A DNA stretch of 63,700 nt, filler included, from Folioceros fuciformis (GCA_049999805.1; 13 parts of 13 records of this genome joined end to end with filler, not necessarily neighbours in it), one strand, 5' to 3'; numbered from the whole stretch's first letter, positions 47,379-60,536 are shown. Translations and numbers: made by a program. The notes: generated by a model not told the origin, from the sequence alone.

Positions 47379-49235
47379 TGTGGAGTGAAACTTGCACCCA
47401 AGAACCACCAAGGGGCCACACTTCCCCTTATTATCGTTGCAGTCTTATGATTCGCTCCCAAGGGAGTGAACTAATGTCAAGGTTACCTACATCTCCCTAA
47501 TCTCACCCTATCTATCAGCATATACCAAGTGCTACAGCAATAGGTCAGAAGTCTCGGTCCTGTCTTCAGCTCCTACCACAACACCAACCCCAGCCTCAAC
47601 AAAATGAGAACTCCAGCATTGTCTTCAGCCTTCATTTCCAGCTCCAAGTATCAATCACTTCAGTGCTAAGAGGAGGCTCCAGCCCCAAGTCTGGCCTTCA
47701 ACTCTCAGCACCTAGTGCTAGCTACCTCCGCAGCTGAACGAGAACCTCAGCTTCAGCTAGCTCCTCACTCCAGCTCCAACACTTCATTCCACCACTTCAG
47801 CACTTCACTTGAGCACTTCAGTCCTTCACTTTAGCACTTCAATCCTTCACTTCAGCTCAACTCCTCACTTCAACACTTCCACTTCCAAAATCTGCAACTT
47901 CTCTAAACCCTTCTCTCCTGCAATTTGGAACACAACAGCCTTCCCTCTTGCAGCCTTCAAGGCAAAGGCAAGGCCTAGGGCTGGGTAGCCTCCTTGGCTC
48001 ACGGCCCTGCAACCTCACCTCAGCCAGTATGCAAGGTGGTCAGCCATTGCGGATCCGGCCACACGAATCTTGGCAGTCTTGGGATCCTCCACGTTCCCCT
48101 AGTGGCAAGGGAAATCAAGACCTTGGTTTAGTCTCAACCAGCTCAGCGCCCTAAGCCAGGAGTTCTGCACCCAAGGTCTAGGGAAATCGCACCGTAGACA
48201 GCCCCCTCCTCAATGGCAGGTCTAGCCTCTTATACTACCTTGGCCCAAACCTCCATCTCTATCTATTAGGGTTAGCCTCAGTCAACCACCCAGCAATCTC
48301 TCTCTGACCTAAGCCGGCCCTAATTCTGACCTAAACCTAACTCTGACCTAACCCTAACTTTGACCCAAACCTAGTTCTGACCTGAAGGGGGTTGTGTCCC
48401 ATGGACACCACTGGGTGCCCTTACCAAAATTGACCAACCTCTCAAGACTACCAAAATGGTCAGTGCCTCTCAACCCTCTCCCTCCTCTCTCAAACATTCC
48501 ATCCCTTCTCTTAGATCATTCCAGCCACCCTTCAAAGACACATCTCACCTCACCATTAATCTAGCTACTAATCTTTCCTAATCTTTTAACTATTTCACCA
48601 TAGGGTTCACTTAGAGATTCCCAAAAAGAGAAATCCTACCATTTTCCAAGGACCTATTCAGGATGTGGAGTCCACATACTCCCCTTCTCATTTGTTGGCG
48701 TTCTCGCCAACTACTGATAATATTTCTTCACCCGCCAGCCATTAACCCTAGTTGGCAAGTTAGGGCCGTTGAGGTGCTGCAGTTGGATGGACCCATTCTC
48801 ATACACTTCCAGCACCCTCTAAGGTCCCATCCATCTCAAGTGCAGCTTACCTGGAAAGTGCATGTACCTATTGTCATATAACAAGGCTAAATCTCCAGGC
48901 ACAACATACTCTTGTTTACGCAACTTCTGGTCGTGCCACTTCTTCCTCCTCTCCTGAACATCAAGGAAAACAGCCAAGGCCCGTTCCCTGTCCTCATCAT
49001 GCTGCACAAAACTGGTTAGCCTCTCCAGCTGGCTCTCCTCCACAGGCAATCGATTGCTCTCCTGCATTCTCAAGGTAGGTACCTCAAATTCGATAGGCAT
49101 GATCGGTGAGTGTCCATAGGTGAGGTAATAAGGGGTCTGCTGGGTAGTAACCTTCTCAGCAGTCCTGTATGCCCACAAGGCTGAGTGGAGTTTCCTATCC
49201 CAGTCATGAGCATAGGTGACGGTGAGTTTGCTGAG
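47379..49235 (-). mobile_element. Ty3/gypsy 3' end: integrase C-terminus, PPT and complete ~1.3-kb 3' LTR (47379-48676)
   Basis: WAYRT...TPYYLTYG...GKLHLRWMGP (GPY/F region); PPT GAGAAGGGGAG on the minus strand next to 48676; termini TGTGGA...TCCACA. Confidence 0.9.
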
Positions 49236-49519
49236 NNNNNNNNNNNNNNNNNNNNNNNNNNNNNNNNNNNNNNNNNNNNTTAATTAATTAANNNNNNNNN
49301 NNNNNNNNNNNNNNNNNNNNNNNNNNNNNNNNNNNAGTTGGGTTCATACTAGACTAGTTCTAGTTATTAGTGAACTTAGGATAGTGTAGATTATCCCATA
49401 TTGAACCTGGAAGTTGTGTAGCCCTAAATGTACTACNNNNNNNNNNATACCACCCTCTCTTCTCTCCTCTCCTCTCCTACACTTGCACGTAGACTGGAGT
49501 CGATCCTATTGACGTGCAT

Positions 49520-50170
49520 GTGGTCATAGCAAAACGTTTTGAAAGCATTGACCTGGTGTTTTCTATTATAGACTTAGAATTGGACATAAGTACTATGTCA
49601 TCTACATATACGTCAAGAAGAATGAAGTGGCTGTCTAATCTATTGATATAGATATGGCTATTAGACTCTAACCTGGAAAATCCTAGTGCTGCTAAGGTTT
49701 TATCTAACTTGGCATACCACTCCATAGCACTTTGTTTTAATCCATAAAGTGACTTCAATAATAAACAAGTATTATATAGTTTCCTGTCAACCTTTTACCC
49801 TTCAGGTATCTCCATATATCTGTTGGAGGTCACCATAGAGAAAGGCAGTTTTTATATCTAATTGCATGAGCTCATAATCATGGTGAGAAGCTAGTGCTAT
49901 GAGGGTTCTAAGTGAGGTGATCTTAAATACTGGACTAAATGTCTCATCATAGTCAAATCCGTACTTTTGTGAGTAACCCTTAGCGACTAATCTAGCTTTA
50001 TACCTTTCTATGCTACCATCCGCGTTTAACTTGATTTTAAATGTCCACTTAGACCCTACACGTTTTCTTCCTAGTGGTAAGGTGGTAAGAGTCCAAGTTT
50101 TATTGGCTTTTAAGGAGTCTAACTCTGATTTGATTGCTATCTTCCAATTTTCTCTTTCTGGCATGTGATG
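49520..50170 (-). pseudogene. copia RT pseudogene, interrupted by an LTR-like repeat (49336-~49519)
   Basis: RYKARLVAKGY, DIKTAFL, LYGLKQS and YVDD. Confidence 0.9.
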
Positions 50171-50370
50171 GCTTTCTGATAGTTAGCTAGGACAAACTAA
50201 TCGATTACAGCAAATAGGCAGTAAGCTAAACTGTTCTTATGATCCCTCCAATTAGTGGGTGAGTATCTATGGATCTAACCTGCATTGCTACATTGAGTGC
50301 GTCTTCCTCTTGTGTGAAAAATATTCAATGGCTATATTGCATTTGCATCCAAGTCCTTAGAGTTGATGTC

Positions 50371-53330
50371 TGTTGAATGCTGAAAAAGTGAGATGTTGGA
50401 GAAGATGATGAGAAGTCATGATGAGATGAAGAGATGAGTCTGAAGTGTGCAGGTATGTGTTGAGAGCACGAGACACGGGTTGCTGCTGGCGATGTGCTGA
50501 TCGCACTCAAGTATGCGTGCGCGAGGAGTCTGTGCGCGCTTGCGATGAAGTTGCTGTAGGGTTATTAAAGCCCAATGTGCTTAGACTAATGTGTTTAGTC
50601 TAAGATTAGTGTCTAGTTAAGTATCATTTGTTTAGATTAGCTTAAGCTAATCTTTAGGAAGCTTCTTGCGCAGCTTCTTGTGAGCTTCTTGTGAAGCTTC
50701 CTTGGGAGCTTTTCTAGAAGGTATAAATACCCTCTTGAGCTCCCTTGCAAGTGAGACAGACCTTTCTTTCTTCTCTCCTCCTTCATCATGTAGCTCCCCT
50801 AACGATCCTTCAATTGGTATCAAAACTGAGGTTATGAAGCAAGAGGGTGATGGCTGTAGGTGTTGCAACCAAGATGCACAAAGGCGCAACAAGGCCGTGA
50901 GGAAGGCACCGGAGTGAGGGCAGCATCCTGGGGGCCCATGTGCGGCAACCCTGCTGCCCGTGCTCGCGCGCGGGCCGCGACAGCGACAGCACGAGGTGCT
51001 TGCCCTAGCGCGAGGCACTAGGCCCCCCCTTAGCACGGGGCGTAGGGCGCGAGGTGCCGAGGTGCCTGCCCCAGCGCGGGGAGGGGGGGTGTCTCGCACC
51101 CCCCTTAGCGTAGGGTGCAGGCACCTGCGAGGGTGCCGTCGTGCCTTTCGGGGCACCCGCTTGAGCTGTGCGAGCGCCAGGTGGGGCGCAGGACAGAGGC
51201 CGCACCGTGTAGGGGGATGGCAGCCCCGTCGCACTAGGCGCAAGAAGGCGGGCGCAGCGAGGCATCAGCCGCAGGAGGGTGCCAGGCCGTCTAAACCCTG
51301 GTGCGTGGATCGCAGTGATCGGAACGCTAGGTCGCCGCGGTGTAGACAGCGAGGCGTTAAATTGCGTTGCACCGAGGGTAGCCAGAGTCGCAGGACAGTC
51401 CACGCCGCGAAGAAGGAAGGCTGTTACAGGGTTCCGAACACTGCGAAGCAGCAAGAATAGTGCATTTGGCCGTGACAAGAACGGTGGTGCTGATCGTCGA
51501 GATTGTGGACAGACTCTTGCGATGGTTTGAGGTCTACAAGTTGTGTTAGCCGATGCGAAACAAGGCGTGATTACCATAAGGGTAACTTTCAGAATCTACA
51601 TTATATTCAGACCGTTTCTAACTAGCCTTTGTTTGATTTGCATCGATTTTAAAGGATGACGTCCTCAAAAAACATAATGTTCAATATCGAGAAGTTAGAT
51701 GGTACTAACTTCCCATTCTAGAAAGAACAAGTGTATAATGTTTTAGCGCAGAAAAAGCAGATCAAACCCATAAAGTTGCTGGGTGTGAAACCTATTAGCA
51801 TGACTCAGGATGAGTAGCAGGATCTAGATGAGCTTGCTAGATATGCCATCATGCTAACATTGTCGAAGTCGGTCTACTTCAATGTGAAAGACAAGACCAC
51901 AAGTTACGAGCTATAGCAGAAGTTGTGTGACCTGTACGAGAAGCAAAGTGCGGCTTCTCAAGTGTACTGGTTGAAACAGCTGGTGGACTTGAAGATGAAA
52001 TAAGGGACGAGGATATCCGATCATTTGAATGAGTTCAATACCATTTTCGACCAGCTCTCATCTCAAGGTATCTTGTTCTCAAATTCCGTGAGAGCTATGT
52101 TTCTGTTGGTCACCTTACCAGAGAGTTGGGACACCTTTCGTACAGCTCTAAGTAATTCCGCTCCTGCTAGTGGTCTCACCATTGTAAATGTAGAAGGTAG
52201 CCTGTTAATAGCAGAGGAGAACAGGAAGAATATGGAACCTTTGAAAGGTTCCAATGCTCTCATGGTGAGAGGATGTCCACTTCAAAGGGGAAGCAAAAGG
52301 AGCAAAGCCTTTCTCGTAGCAAATCTCATAGTCGTAAAAATGTTGAGTGTTATCATTGTCACAAAAAGGGTCACATCAGAAGGGACTGCAAGAAGTTCAA
52401 GAGGGATAAAGGAAAGGAGAAGAAGCAGAACGACAACAAGGCAAGTCCGAGTATCAAGTCTGACGAGGTGAATTTTGTTGATGATGGAGATGTTTTTATC
52501 TCTTCTTTCTTAGATTCTGTACAATTGGTAGCCTTGGATAGTCACTTATTCTCTAATTGGATAATTGACTCTAGAGCATCTTTCAGAGGGAGCGGTTTAG
52601 CACCTATGATGCTACTAGGAAAGGATGTGTTCGGCTTGGAAATAACTATGCATGCAAGATTGCAGGCGTTGGTGATGTGCAGTTAAAGTTTGACAATGGA
52701 TCTTCATTCATATTGAAGGATGTTAGGCATGTTCTGAAGTTGACCAAAAGCATGATTAGCGCAGGGTAGTTGGATGACCACTGTTGGTTTGGGAATCATT
52801 CTTGGAAGATCTCCAAAGGTTCTCTTATTTTAGCTCGTGGATCGAAGTGTGGCACTTTGTACTCACTTTAGATAACCACTGTCAAGGATCATGTGATTTT
52901 TGTAACAAAACAGCCAAATGTTTCCTTGTGGCATTGTCAGTTAGGACATCTCTCTCAAAAAGGAATGAAGATCTTATCTCGTTTTGGTTACGTCTCTGCT
53001 TTTGACTTCTCCGATTTCTCCATGTGTGAGCATTGTTTGTATGGGAAACATACGAAATCTCCACATGGAGCAAGAGGTAAACACAAAAGTATACCTCTTG
53101 AATTGGTTCACAGTGACGTTTGTGGACCTATGCCCACTACATCATTATGCAGTGCATCCTATTTTCATAGATGATTTCTCACGCAAGGTTTGGGTTTATC
53201 CTTTGAGGAAAAAGGACGATATTCTGACAGTGTTTCAAAAATTCATCACCCTTGTGGAGAATCAGTCTAGCCTCCGACTAAAGTGTCTTAGGACAGACAA
53301 TGGTGGAGAGCATGTTTCGAAGGCTGATGA
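50371..53330 (+). mobile_element. Decayed Tnt1/Tork-like copia: 5' LTR 50371-50812, mutated PBS 50815-50826, GC-rich leader, gag-PR-IN from ~51656
   Basis: TGTTG...TTCA; TGGTATCAAAAC; IEKLDGTNF; LPESWDTF; CYHCHKKGHIRRDC; WIIDSRAS; WHCQLGH; HSDVCGP; RTDNGGE; many TAG stops. Confidence 0.92.
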
Positions 53331-53470
53331 AATATATTAGGTATAGGGCACTATTCACTAGGGCACCTTTNNNNNNNNNNNNNNNNNNNNNNNNNNNNNN
53401 NNNNNNNNNNNNNNTTAATTAATTAANNNNNNNNNNNNNNNNNNNNNNNNNNNNNNNNNNNNNNNNNNNN

Positions 53471-56155
53471 AATGTCTGTTGGGTTTGCAGCTGTTGGCAC
53501 ATACTCCAAATCAATCTGTCCAGATTTGATCAAGTCAAGCCACCAGGACTTGGCCCCGATCTGCTCCCGTCAACCCGGCTAGACGGTCAGCCAGGCTTTC
53601 CAGATCCGCCAACAACCCGCCTGCTCATCGACCAGCTAGCCGTCTGCCCGATCTCTGCTAGTCCTCGAGCTGTCTGCCTGGCTTGGGTCCAGCGCCGCCC
53701 CTGGCTTGGGTCCAGCGCCGCCCCTGGCTTGGCTTGCAGCCTGATCCGCTGGCTGGCCGCTGATGGCCGGCTCAGCCTCTGCTACCTGGCCCAAGTCCAC
53801 CCCGGCCAGCTCCTGCAAGCCGGGCGGCTTGCCTGCTAGCAGCCCAACTTGGCCAGCCGCCATGGGCTCCTCCATCCCCAGAGGCCGCAAACCGGCCTCT
53901 TGCCTGCCGGAATCCGCCAGCGTGCTCCCGAATCATGTAGCTACTGAGCCACCTGCCGGCCTGCCGATTCAGTCTCGGCTGCCTAGCAGTCGAGCGCTTG
54001 CCCAAGGGTCGCCTGCCCACCACGACCCAGGCCAGTCTGCCTGGCTGCTTGGGTTCCTGCAGCCAGTGACTGCCTGGCTTACCCGGCCGCCTTGCTGCCT
54101 GATTGATCGTGCCCGCCTCTTGGATCCGGCAGCCTTGCCTGGCTGCCTGGCCGGGCAGGGCTGCCTGGCCGGCAGGGCTGCCTGATCCTCAACCAGCTGC
54201 TGCTAGGCCAGCAACTTGTGAGGATCCCTCCCCGGCCTGGACTTCCCCCAGCTGGCCGCCTACCAAAGGCCGCAAGCTAGCCTGCTCTCCTTCCAGATCC
54301 GGTCAGGCAGCCAACCTGCTCGGCCTGGCAGCTTGCTTGATCCGTCCGCCAAGAGCCAACCCCTCTACACATCCCCTGATCCAGCCAGGGGGCCACCTGA
54401 GCCCACTGGCTAGCTAGATTCGGCTGGGAAGTCAGCCAAACCTGGCAAGCCCCCCCCTTGCCAACGTGCTCGTGTGCCTAGGCTTGCCTACTGGCTAGCC
54501 CGACCTGGATCTGGCTAGGCAGCCAGCCCACAGGGCGGCCTTCTTCTCCCGCACCTGGTTAGGTAGCCGTCTTGCACTAGCCCGCTTGCGCGATTCCCCT
54601 GGCCATCGCCCGCTGGCCGAGGCCGTCTAGCCAGAGGCCGCTAGCTGGCCTCCGGACTCTAGATCTTGCCAGGCAGCCAGCCTGCTCGGCCTGGCTGCTT
54701 GCTGGATCCACCTGCCTAGAGACCAGGCTAGCCTGCCTGGCTGCTTGGGCTCCTGCAGCCAGGCCGGTGCTTGGCTTCCGGATCCAGTAGGTAGCCGGCC
54801 TGCCGATCGACACCCCTCCGGCCAGGACTCCCCTGGCCAATCTGCCACCCTAGGCGACTGCCCGGCTGCCTGGATCCGCCTGCAGGCTGCCCTTGCCGCT
54901 GGGGCGCCGGCCAGCTCCTCAGCAGCCGCTGCCAAGCTACCTAGCGACTGCCTGGATGCCTGGCCGAAATCGCCTGCTTCTGGCCTGCCCGCTTGCTGGC
55001 TGGCGATCCGGCCAGCGCCTGTCTGGGTCCGCTGTGACGAGTCGTCATGACCCAGCCCCTGTCCAGCCAGCCTTCTGGTTGCTTGGTCCAGTTGCAACCA
55101 GCCCGGCTCCAGAATCGGGCGGGCAGCCGTCATCTGCCGCCGCTCGTTAGATCTCTCCACCGCCAGCCACCCCACCGACCGGATTTTGGCCTACCCACCT
55201 GCTTGGCTAGNNNNNNNNNNNNNNNNNNNNNNNNNNNNNNNNNNNNNNNNNNNNNNNNNNNNNNNNNNNNNNNNNNNNNNNNNNNNNNNNNNNNNNNNNN
55301 NNNNNNNNNNCCAGCCAGGCAGCCCGCCTGCTTGGCCTGGCTTCCTGCTGAGCCGCCTGGCTCCTACAGCCAGGCACTTCACCCCCGAGTCCTCCCAATC
55401 AGCTCCCCGCGCTGCAGCCATCAACTGCCCGACTCAAGCCCACCCCGGCCAGCTCCTTGCAAGCCAGGCGCCTTCCTGCTATCAGCCCGACTTGACCAGC
55501 CGCCATGCCTGATCCACTCAGGCAGCCGGCTTGCTGGCCTGCCTACCTTCGTCCCGGCCCACTCTTGTGGTCGGTCCGACTCCTAGTTCCCTGACCCTGT
55601 TGCCAGCCCAACCGGCCCTGGCTGCGGCTTGCATGCAGCTGGCCAACCTGGCTGCTGGTCAGGTTCCTCAGCACCCAGGGGGCCCCTGGCTTGCTTGTGC
55701 TACCTATTCAAATGGGCTGGGCTAGGCTGTCTAGCGTTCCGGCCAAACCCGCTTGGATCGCTTGCCGGGCGACCTGCCCCTCAGCACCCGCTGCCATCCA
55801 TTACCGCTTGGATCAGCCCAAGGCCCGTCTGGCCTGGATCTAGCGCCGCCTCAGGCTGCCTGCCTGACCACCTCTAGCTGCAGCCAGCCAGCGGCCGCAT
55901 GGCGATCCGACCAGGCCCACCTACCAGGATCTGCCCAACCAGCCGCCCGTTCTGCTCCCCCGTTACCTTATCCCGAGGAACCAGAGCCCGTGCCCTATCT
56001 ACCACACAACCTACCTACTCTATCGACTCACCATAAATCTAGCTACTATTCTAGCCTAATCCCCCAACCTTTCCTCTACAACACTCACTCACAGATCCAA
56101 AAAAAAAGAAAACCTATCCTTAACCCAGGGGTCTGTTCAGCATGTGGAGTCCACA
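53471..56155 (-). repeat. Very GC-rich low-complexity LTR-like region ending in the TGTGGAGTCCACA terminus
   Basis: TTCAG.ATGTGGAGTCCACA at ~56136-56155 matches the gypsy LTR terminus at ~48657-48676 and abuts a copia RT. ORFs here are compositional artefacts. Confidence 0.6.
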
Positions 56156-57169
56156 CTGATATTTGCCCTAAGCAGCTGAGTATACTACAGCAGATGGATG
56201 TCTGCACTGCTTTCCTCCATGGCATCCTTGAGGAAGAGCTGTATATGGAACAACCTAAAGGATATGCCGATCCTGCACATCCCGATTACGTGTGTCAGTT
56301 AATCAAATGCTTATATGGGCTGAAGAAAAGTGCAGAACGCTGGTATAAGTGTTGTGACAAAGCTCTAAAAGGCCTTGGCTTTTGCCAATGCCAAGCAGAC
56401 TCAAATGTGTGTGTGTTGCAAAAAGGGGATACTTACGCGATTCTTGCTCTTTATGTAGACGATGTGATACTTGCAGCCAATGACACATCCCTGCTCACAC
56501 ACGTTAAGGACATGTTAAGGGAAACATTTGAGATGACTGACAGTGGAGATCTCCTATTCTGCCTTGGTATTCAGGTGTTAAGGGTCCACTTTGAGGGACT
56601 GCTCAATACACCAGCATAAATACATAACAGAGATTCTACACAAGTTCAACATGGGCCATGCACATCCAGCAGCTACTCCAGGTGCAGTAGGTGCCAAGCT
56701 CACGAGATATTAATGTGCCACAACTGAAGCTGACCAGCTGGACATGCAGGACGTTCCATATCATCACGCTGTGGGTAGTCTAATCTTTGTTAGTAACTGG
56801 ACACAACCCGATATCCAGCACTCAATCAGCACTTTTTCACAGTTCTTAGAGCACCCTAGCCGTGCACACTGGACTGCAGTGAAGAAAATATTTCGATACT
56901 TGAAAGGGACTCGCCATATAGGCCTATGCTACACATGTAGTAATAAGAGGCACTTATCTCTGCAAGGGTTCACCGACGCTGACTGGGCTTCTGACAGCGA
57001 CTCCAGAAAAAGCCTCTCCACGTATGCTTTCCTCTTGTCCCAAGCAGCTGTTAACTGGAGCTGCAAGAAGCAAACCATTATAGCCCTCTCCAGCACTGAG
57101 GCTGAATATAAGTCTCTTACAGATGCCACAAAGGAAGTTGAATGGGAGCGTGCGTTCTCAAAGGATATA

Positions 57170-57429
57170 TGTTACGAAATGGATAATCTGCCCGTAACCC
57201 TGCTGACCAGCTAGTTACCGTAGACCGTAATTAATAGTATTTAATAATTACAAATTGGTGTGCCTCTTCGGAAGAGACACGCAGTGACGCTATTTAAGAC
57301 ACACTTTGTATACACTTTGTAGAGACTAAAACGAAATATCTCTCTGAGCATTGCATCTTGATCATGCTAGACTAGATGCAATCCTAATCATGCTAGATTA
57401 GATGCAATCCTACTACTAGGATTTTAACA
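57170..57429. mobile_element. Solo LTR (260 nt, TGTTA...TAACA) with 5-bp TSD ATATA inside copia RNase H
   Basis: ATATA at 57165-57169 and 57430-57434; excision restores ...KDIGETQDGPTNLFCDNQSAI. Confidence 0.92.
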
Positions 57430-57684
57430 ATATAGGAGAGACACAGGATGGTCCCACTAACCTCTTTTGTGACAACCAGTCTGCGATTGCCATGGTGGCT
57501 AACCCCTGCTTCCATGCACGGACGAAACATATTGAGATCCACCATCACTATGTTAGGGATGTAGCTGAGAGGGGAATTGATAAGATCCTCTATGTGCCTA
57601 CAGATGGCAAACAGCTGACATCCTAACAAAGGCCTTGCCCAAAGACAAACATGAGAAACATATGGATGGCCTTGGACTGTTTAA

Positions 57685-58279
57685 TTACAGCCAGTACTTC
57701 AAAGCACAGTGAGAGGGGGTCTTACGGGTGAGGACATAGTCCTCTGATGTTGTTGTTACAATTGTTTTGTTTGTTTCCAGCCTGGTGTCTCCTGTTTCTG
57801 CAAACACTTACAGTCATGAGACAGGGAGGGTTACATAGCAGCAGCGTGCTCAGTAGTAGTAGACTGTTAAGCAGCAGTATCTCAATACCAGCTGCAAGTG
57901 GATGAAGCCCCACGTTTTTTAAACTGACCTGGATGCTGGAAGATCACCTCTCCCCCTCCTGCCTCTCTTTGAGCAAATGAAGCAGCTTCGCTGCTTTGTG
58001 AAGTGGTTTGAGCAAGCAAGCGCTATCTCCCACATCTGTTGGCAGGACGCAACTCTCCTCCACCCTCACGGGCTTGCTCCAGCATAATTTAACTTCAAGG
58101 GAAATCTTCCACCTACTCATAGTCACACTCGAGCCCAGGACATGGTGTTCATCCCACTCCTCAGCCCTTAGGGGAACAGGTCGTGGCAGCTGTCTTTTTA
58201 GCCTCCCTCTTCCTTTCCTGCCCTGCTCACACATAGGGCTAGCAGTCTTCCCGCCTCCTGCTTCACGCTTGGGAGCCAT
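57685..58279 (-). pseudogene. Putative antisense accessory gene in the 3' region of the copia element at 56156-58491
   Basis: ATG 58279 (MAPKREAGGG...GRKGRGRLKR); candidate upstream intron 58356-58299; candidate last exon 57797-57685 ending beside the pol end. Confidence 0.4.
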
Positions 58280-58491
58280 GGTTGTCATCAGCAACAGTCT
58301 GAGGATTTGCACGCAAGTGCAAATTGTGATGAAGGTAGCGTAAACTGCCGCGATACTTGTAGCCATCCCTGCCAGCTCGGGCTCACAAGTGCACTCTCAA
58401 TGATAGTTGTTGGGCATAATTGCCTGCTGCCCACTCCTCGTGATTGACCTTTAGATGCCTCCCCAAGCTCGTACGCTTAAGGGAGGGTGTT

Positions 58492-59347
58492 TGTTCACAT
58501 ATTAAAATGTGTTCTACACATACATCCAGGAAGAATAGAATTGAAAAGGTAGTGTCTAGTCCTTACACAAGTCTCAAAATGGGACTGGCAGTTGTAACTG
58601 CTAATCTAATCTAACTATCTAAGTTACTAGCCCTAAGCATAGCAATGTTAATTAACTACTCAACACTCCCACTCATTGCAAAGTGCTTAGGTACTTTATA
58701 AACTTTCATTAATCGGACTGAACTTAAATGTTCGCCAGCGCAGCACGAACACGAGGAGTCACAAACAAGTACTTCAGCTCCCAGTCGCGCATGTCAGCAT
58801 CAAATCCCTTGCTTAAATTCACTGCTCAGGAACAGAAGACGCCAGCTTTTGTTTCAGGTTCCAAGAGCTCGACGAGATGGTTTTGTCTGGAGCTACGCTA
58901 GGGTCTTCGAGTCAGCCATCTGCGGCGCTAGGTTCCAGCTCCGAGCTCGGTCCGCCCACTGTAGAGAAGTCTGAAGGCCCTAGTCATACTGCTGTTGCTA
59001 TGGCGGTTGCTTGCACTACTCCTTCAACAGTTGCTCTTGTCGAAGACGGTGCTCCTGCACAAGCTGCCACACTCGACTGTCTAGATGCTGCGCCTCTCCG
59101 CCTTCGTCACGGCCGCGCTTCAAGTGGACTAAGACGGGTTAAGCGCGAGGCCACACCCTGCGATGCACACTGGATGAAGAAACTCCGGTAGATGGAGAAG
59201 CGTGAAGCTCTCCTCACTCACAGAATTTCTGCTATGGCAACTTCAGGCTTCTTATGTTCCAGCTGCAAGCTCAGGCGTTTCGCCGTGTGCTCCCGCTCCT
59301 CCAGCACATACTCCCACTGAACAAGGTTGCTATTCGCCTTTAAGTCC
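58492..59347 (-). mobile_element. 3' LTR (58492-58665), PPT and 3' region of a minus-strand LTR element carrying an antisense ORF (58877-59191, + strand)
   Basis: TGTT...AACA termini; CTCCCACTC (PPT GAGTGGGAG on the minus strand) at 58666-58674. Confidence 0.7.
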
Positions 59348-59871
59348 TGTGGGGTTAAAATATGGTACCCGGGGGTACCGCGAGGTCCACACAAGCCCTC
59401 TATGTCGTTGTAGCTCTGGGATTCGATGGCAAGGGAATGATTTGTGTTAAACTACACAGGTTAGCTTCTAAAGTCAGCCAACACCTAAAACTCGACTGAC
59501 CCACACACACGCGTCCAGTGCTCGGAGCTTACCAAGCCCCCTTACTTCTTCCTCTAGGCGACTCCCCTACCACTCGGTCTCTCCAGGGACTACCTCCCCC
59601 TGGACTACTCTTGGTTGCTGTGAACCTCCAAAGTTTGGGGTAGTAGTTTGTTTTGGTTGAAAAAGGGTTAATAGTGGTATGGTTTGGTTTTCTTTTTCAA
59701 CTTATTTTTCCTAATTTTCCTTGATTTTCTGGTCATTTTTCCTATTTTTCTTTGTGCTAATTGGGTTAATTGACCAGGAAATAGTGGGTTTGGTTATAAG
59801 AGTGGGTATAGGTTTGGTCCCAGAGCTGGGAAGGATTAGGTTCGGTACCGGGCCATAGGGTTGGGTGATTA
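59348..59871 (+). repeat. LTR-like repeat beginning TGTGG
   Basis: Abrupt composition change; shares sequence with 29764-29840. Confidence 0.6.
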
Positions 59872-59971
59872 NNNNNNNNNNNNNNNNNNNNNNNNNNNNN
59901 NNNNNNNNNNNNNNNTTAATTAATTAANNNNNNNNNNNNNNNNNNNNNNNNNNNNNNNNNNNNNNNNNNNN

Positions 59972-60536
59972 GGGTGTGTCTTTCTCTCGACCTGTCCACT
60001 CTTGTTCCTTGCTTGGTCCAGTGTTGTAGGCCATGTCTCATGGCATCTGGTAAGGTTGTGGGGAGGAGATACCCAAGAGGGGAGTGTGTTCCCTTTGTCC
60101 TTTTGTTTGGAGTTAGTCTAGTGACTCTTGCCGGGTAGGAGGAGTCAGTAGGGAAGTGTAGAAGGTAGTGGTGTCGTTGCTGGTTGCTAGTAGTTGCTGG
60201 TGTTGGTGCTGGAGTGAGAGAGTGAGTGAAGTTTGTGAGGGAAGACGCAGATCTGAAAGGTTAGAATCGTTGTAGTGACTGGAGTGAGTTTGTGGGCACC
60301 GAGAGAGGTGCAGCTGACCGGTGGACAGCGAGGCTTGTCCTACGCCTGATTGGAGCTGGAGGGGAGCCCTCGAATCCATCATCGAGTCGATCAAGTCCGA
60401 CCCTCCATCCACAGCAGCAAGGAACCCCATAGCTCCTTCGTGGGAACGAAACCCAATGTCTCAACGACAGTGGGATAAGTGTGGCCACTAAAGGTGGGAC
60501 CCGTCGGCAATCAGTGCCCGGGGTTTTGCCTCCACA
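59972..60536. repeat. Copy of the LTR-like repeat at 36449-37589
   Basis: Near identity to 37021-37589; ends TCCACA. Confidence 0.88.

Larger units (their letters stand above)
56156..58491 (+). mobile_element. Decayed copia 3' half: RT, RNase H, ~0.8-kb 3' region, PPT (AAGGGAGGG 58479-58487) and first bases of the 3' LTR
   Basis: MDVCTAFL, LYGLKKS, YVDD, FTDADWA, SSTEAEY, CDNQSAI and HARTKHIEI. Confidence 0.92.

Noticed and set aside
53636-55877. Many overlapping Pro/Ala/Gly-rich ORFs (also 33700-34650 and 50650-51580)
   Set aside because: Expected from GC-rich stop-poor sequence; no motifs.
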